A DNA stretch of 64,000 nucleotides from an uncultured Planctomycetaceae bacterium (GTDB taxonomy: Bacteria > Planctomycetota > Planctomycetia > Planctomycetales > Planctomycetaceae). Position 1 is the first letter of the stretch; each line of letters begins with the position of its first letter. Shown in pieces: positions 60,011-64,000 of this stretch. A model generated the notes under the pieces. That model was not told the origin of the DNA and made no database searches. It saw only the letters and a list, made by a program, of their open reading frames with translations. The stretch lies in the NCBI GenBank assembly GCA_963815195.1, contig CAWFGE010000013.1:1-64000 (forward strand). Reading direction: 5' to 3'. The position numbers were made by a program, and so were the translations under genes.

Positions 60011-61478
60011 CACCCCTTTCAACATGTTAGTTTTTTGCTATAAGTCGCTTCTACAGGGATTGTTGTATCAAACCTTATGGAGGCGGCAAGGATGTGGCCC
60101 GACGCTGTGCTTGATCGTTTTGTGGAACAATGTCCAGCGGCAGTGATGGTTCGAGCGACGCTCGAGAATCTTGTGTCGCCGGATCGCCTGGATGAGATTT
60201 TCGCCGACGCTTCGCAGAGACAATACGAGAAAGAATTGCTGTTTTCGCAAGTGGTGGCCCTGATGATGGGCGTGGCGACGCGGACGCACAAGTCGGTCCA
60301 TGCCGGGTACTTGGCGGCCAAGGAGCAACTGGCGGTTTCGCCGGCCGCACTTTATGGCAAGTTGAACCGTCTGGAACCCGGCCTTTCGGCGACGATGATC
60401 CGGGAAACGAGCCAGGACGCGGCTCAAGTCATCGATGCCATGCCGGGAGCATGCCGCGAACTTTTGCCGGGCTATCACGTGCAGTATTTGGACGGGAATC
60501 ATTTGGCGGCGACTGAGCATCGGCTGGCGGAATTGCGCGTCACGCGGGAAGGCCCTTTGCCGGGCCAGACCTTGGCGCTTCTGGATGCGCAGCGGGATCT
60601 GATTTCGGAACTGCTTCCGTGTGAAGACGGCCATGCCCAGGAACGTTCGCTTCTGCCGGAGTTTCTGGAATGGATCCGGGCCGAGACAGTGACAATCGCC
60701 GACCGGAACTTCTGCACGACCAAGTTTCTGTTTGGAATTGTCAAGCAGTCGGCCTACTTTGTCATTCGCCAACACGCTTCGACACTCACCTGGAAACTCG
60801 TCGGTCGCCGGAAACGCATCGGACGCATCGAAACGGGTCTTGTTTTCGAGCAGTCGGCCGAGCCTGTCCCAGGGTGAAGAGACGTTGCGAGTCCGGCGGA
60901 TCACCATCCAATTGGATACGCCCACAGAGAATGGTGACACTGAGATTCACATCCTGACCAACTTGCCTGTCAAAGTCGCCAATGCGCAAAAGTGGCTTTT
61001 CTGTATCGCAAGCGCTGGACGATTGAAGAAGCCTTCCAAACTCTGACCGAGGTGTTGCGCTGCGAAGTGGAGACGCTGGGCTACCCCAAGGCGGCGCTGT
61101 TCGCCTTCGCCACGGCGGTTTTGGCTTATAACACCTATGCCGTGGTGAAAGCGGCGCTGCGATCGGTTCACGGTGAAGAAACGATCGATGAAGAACTGTC
61201 GGACTACCACCTGACGCAGGACGTGACTGCCACGACGGTGGGCATGAACATCGCCGTGGACGCGGAAATCTGGGAGGGCTATCAAATCATGCCACCTCGA
61301 AAACTCGCGATCGAGTTGGTGCGACTCGCGAAACGCATCGACCTGACGCGTTACCCCAAAAAGAAACGCGGGCCGAAAAAACCACAGCCTCGAAAAAAGA
61401 GCGGCAAACGGAATCACCATATCTCCACCGCGCGAACCCTGGCCAAATCCAGGGGTAAGTGACATGTTGAAAGGGGTG
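60011..61478 (+). mobile_element. IS4-family insertion sequence (1468 bp)
   Basis: 17-bp terminal inverted repeats CACCCCTTTCAACATGT / ACATGTTGAAAGGGGTG and an 11-bp direct repeat GATACTGTATC at 60000-60010 and 61479-61489. Confidence 0.95.
60092..61462 (+). CDS. IS4-family DDE transposase (frameshifts near 60860 and 60990)
   Basis: YLDGN, IADRNF and LYRKRWTIEEAFQ (YREK-type signature); the stop abuts the right IR. Confidence 0.9.
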
Positions 61479-63114
61479 GATACTGTATCTTATTGATTGC
61501 CTCAACTAGTTCTTTCTGAACTCCCTTGTCGTTCGGTTCGAAGTCCCGATGCTCGTCAATCCAAGTTTTGAGTGTTCCATCGACATGCTTGTAGACAGCC
61601 CGAACCTGTTCGTCCTTTTGATCTTTAATCAGACGATTTACGTCTTCTCCCAATCGAGCAATTTCTTCGACATGAGTTTGCCGGAGATTGTTTATCATGG
61701 TCACGATTTGCTTGCGGATTTTATCGGTGTTCTCCGAAGCAGCGTTATAGAATCCAATGTTGAGCTTGCCGACACCAACATCCTTCAATAAGAGTTCAAT
61801 CTGCTCAGACTTAACCTCATATCCATCTTCATCAGATTCCACCATTTCACCATCGGGCCATCTCGTTACCGATGCTTCTCCAGGCTTTGGAAGCACCAAG
61901 AGCAATGTTGTGGCGTTCAGATTCCTAACTCCCGAAGCAATGGCTCGTTGTAATAATGTCTGCGTAGCAACCGAAGGGGCATCATTGAAGGAACTACACA
62001 AGACAACGATTGTGCAATCGTTGTCAAAATGGCATTCCAGGTCTGCTCGCTCTGCTGTTTGGTCAATTCCCTTCGTGTCGATTATTCGAAGCGATAAGTT
62101 TTCAAGATCCGAAAGCGGATACGGAACGGTGACCTCGATCCGATCAGGCATTGATACGTCAGGTTGTCGTCCATTATTGACCTTGGAAAAGGTATTTTGG
62201 AGCCAGCGCTCAGGAAATTCTGCTTCTTCATCGGGAATCCACAACTCAGCTGTCACTCTACGATCCAAACTCATTCTTCGAAAGATTTCCTCAGCCAACT
62301 CGACTTGATCGGACATTTGTCGAGCGAGTTCTTCAGCCAAATTAACTCTCGTCGTACTTCCGTCTTCATCCGTTCGCTTTTCGGACAAAAGGCCCGTCAT
62401 GTTTCGGATTGCACGAACGATCTCGCCGGAAATTCCCAAACGGTTGGTCCCATCACCAGACGCCGCTCCCTTTGATTCATTTGGGTGCGTCTTCCGAAAA
62501 AGGTACTCAGCATAATCGGCAACGTCTTTCTGAATTGACTCCGCTATTCTTGGCTCAATAAGCAACCCAAATCGATTTCCTTCCGATATTTCGACTTCGC
62601 AAATTGTAATTCCCCCACTCCCCGTTTCTAAAACAACCTGCTTGGTCAGTTGTGGTTCCTCTTCAACGAGGAGGCCAGTCATCTTGCAGATTGCAGTTGA
62701 TTTTCCAACTCCGATATTCCCAATGAAAGCAACTTTATGTTCCCTCGCTCGCAGAAAATAGGCACAACGGCTAAGTTCGTTCTCATAGGCAACAATATGG
62801 CCGAGGAAGACGGGATGAAGCCCCTCCGTAGCTTTCAGCAGGGCCAACTTTTCCAATGACTCTTCGGCGTGCCAGAGTGTTTTCACGTTCGGATGAATCG
62901 GCTCCGGTTGATGAAGGTGTTTCCAAGTCTTGCCATTGAAACTAGCCTGATCGGCGGTCATTTTACTTTCCTTCGTCGTGGGGAGACATTTTATATTTCG
63001 CTACCCAATTGTTTCTGCCTTCTGGTGGATTTAACCAACATATCCGTTTGTTTGAGCAGTTTCCACCGAGTATTGTTACACGAAAATGTCATTTTCCGGA
63101 ATTCTGAATGGTAT

Positions 63115-63151
63115 CGGCGGGGTGGCATGCTCATGGCTTTGCATGAGCATG
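63115..63151. repeat. REP unit, exact inverse of 59320-59356
   Basis: CGGCGGGGTGGCATGCTCATGGCTTTGCATGAGCATG. Confidence 0.9.
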
Positions 63152-63156
63152 CTGAT

Positions 63157-63743
63157 TCATCCCTCTTTTGCTCGTGGAAAGGAATCTCTATCCATCCTCA
63201 GCAACCCCGTCCCAGGTTCCTGCCATTCGGCGGCGCTGGACCACACCCATTCTTCGGGGCGTTCACAAAATCCGCGTCTCACAGGATTGGCATGAATATA
63301 AGCAACTTCCGCCCAAACGGTAGATGGTTCTGTCAGGTTCCGGTCATAGCCTCCCCCACGTTGCCAGAAACGGTAATGCACATCTCCATTCGGCTGAAGA
63401 TCTTTCATTCGGGGAAGTAAATCGGGAGCCTGCTCTTGAACATACTTCAACGCTTTCTTGGAGACGGACTGTTTGAGCCTCTTGAGGAACGGGCTGATGG
63501 AATACTCCGGATCGCGGGGACAAACCAAAGGATGCAAGTGCTCCGGCATGATGGCGTAGGCCCACAGGTCAAACCGGTGTTTCTCACAAGCACGTTGAAG
63601 CCCTCGATCATCCATCCCCGACTTCGATCTTTTGACAGAAAGGGTTGCCCGCGAAAGCAAGAAAACGTCAAAGCGTGGGCGTGGCCTGGTTCATCAATCC
63701 GGTGGCAAGTCTTACGATGCTTGCTCGAATTCGCAGCGCCCAT
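63157..63743 (-). mobile_element. RAYT / REP-associated tyrosine transposase (one frameshift near 63600)
   Basis: HALTFSCF, AYAIMPEHLH (HUH), FWQRGGGYDRN, YIHANPVRRG and WVWSSA; flanked by inverted REPs. Confidence 0.9.
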
Positions 63744-63787
63744 CTCAACTCCCCCAGGTCAACTGGGCCGTTTTACCATTCGGAGCA

Positions 63788-63872
63788 CATGCTCATGCAA
63801 AGCCATGAGCATGCCACCCATCGTTTCATCATTCGGAAACCATGCTCATGCAAAGCCATGAGCATGCCACCC
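63788..63872. repeat. Two REP units upstream of the RAYT
   Basis: CATGCTCATGCAAAGCCATGAGCATGCCACCC at 63788-63819 and 63841-63872. Confidence 0.9.
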
Positions 63873-63879
63873 AAACGCG

Positions 63880-64000
63880 CTATACCAACTCGTGCAGCGG
63901 GGCGGGGTTTTCGTTGAGGAGTTTGATCGGGAAGTCGGCGTCGGTGCGGATGAAGCCTTGGGGGTCGATGCCCAGGTTGTGGTACAGCGTGGCCAGGATT
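63880..64000 (-). CDS. 3' end of a DUF1501-like protein (partial)
   Basis: ILATLYHNLGIDPQGFIRTDADFPIKLLNENPAPLHELV*. Confidence 0.7.
   Translation of the reverse strand, partial: ILATLYHNLGIDPQGFIRTDADFPIKLLNENPAPLHELV

Larger units (their letters stand above)
59509..62961 (-). pseudogene. Low-GC dynamin-like/TRAFAC GTPase (657 aa reconstructed) disrupted by an IS4-family element
   Basis: Motifs are GNIGVGKST (G1), GGITICEV (G2) and IIDTKG (G3), with a helical C-terminus. Removing the IS plus one target copy restores ...NKIQYPAKIWASVRRNGNYPDLDYYHHL... in frame. Confidence 0.85.

Noticed and set aside
61414..61478. C-terminus PPLSTCHLPLDLARVRAVEIW of ORF 61414..62961
   Set aside because: It is read-through into the IS right end; the true C-terminus is at 59509-59999.
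59229..63872. Repeated 32-37-bp palindrome as a CRISPR array
   Set aside because: There are only pairs, spacer lengths are unequal, the spacers resemble each other or the RAYT leader, one copy is inverted, and no cas genes are present. The RAYT context indicates REPs.

Overview
This GC-rich bacterial window is most consistent with a Planctomycete: it has an ELEDRTLLS export motif, a DUF1501 tail, a sulfatase N-terminus and several palindromic REP-like families. Single-base frameshifts occur throughout, even in infB and rbfA, so most split ORFs are probably assembly or long-read errors, and I have stitched them. Layout: (1) 1-4.86 kb is an accessory-looking block. It ends in a compact recombination scar made of the 3' half of tRNA-Asn(GTT), a short AT-rich arm and a sulfatase gene cut exactly after PNIVFILADD. 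(2) 5-32 kb is mostly housekeeping: M48 peptidase, sufS, ruvB, yebC, TPR protein, rbfA-infB-nusA with a rimP-type leader but no rimP, pseudopilin, A-type Fe-S carrier, galM and a citrate synthase. A HEPN + BolA-like gene pair sits between nusA and infB, and a DUF2185-like gene sits between infB and rbfA. (3) 32.6-57.7 kb is one ~25 kb giant secreted adhesin-like gene with nested FG-GAP, PA14, beta-helix, PKD and RTX modules. (4) 57.8-64 kb holds a redoxin and a duplicated RAYT/REP unit. Identical inverted 37-bp REPs bracket a low-GC dynamin-like GTPase gene, which is itself disrupted by an IS4-family element. The best candidates for undescribed systems are the REP/RAYT-bracketed GTPase cassette, the HEPN-BolA-like pair and the sulfatase/tRNA double-att scar. 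All family assignments come from motif recognition by eye; no searches were run.
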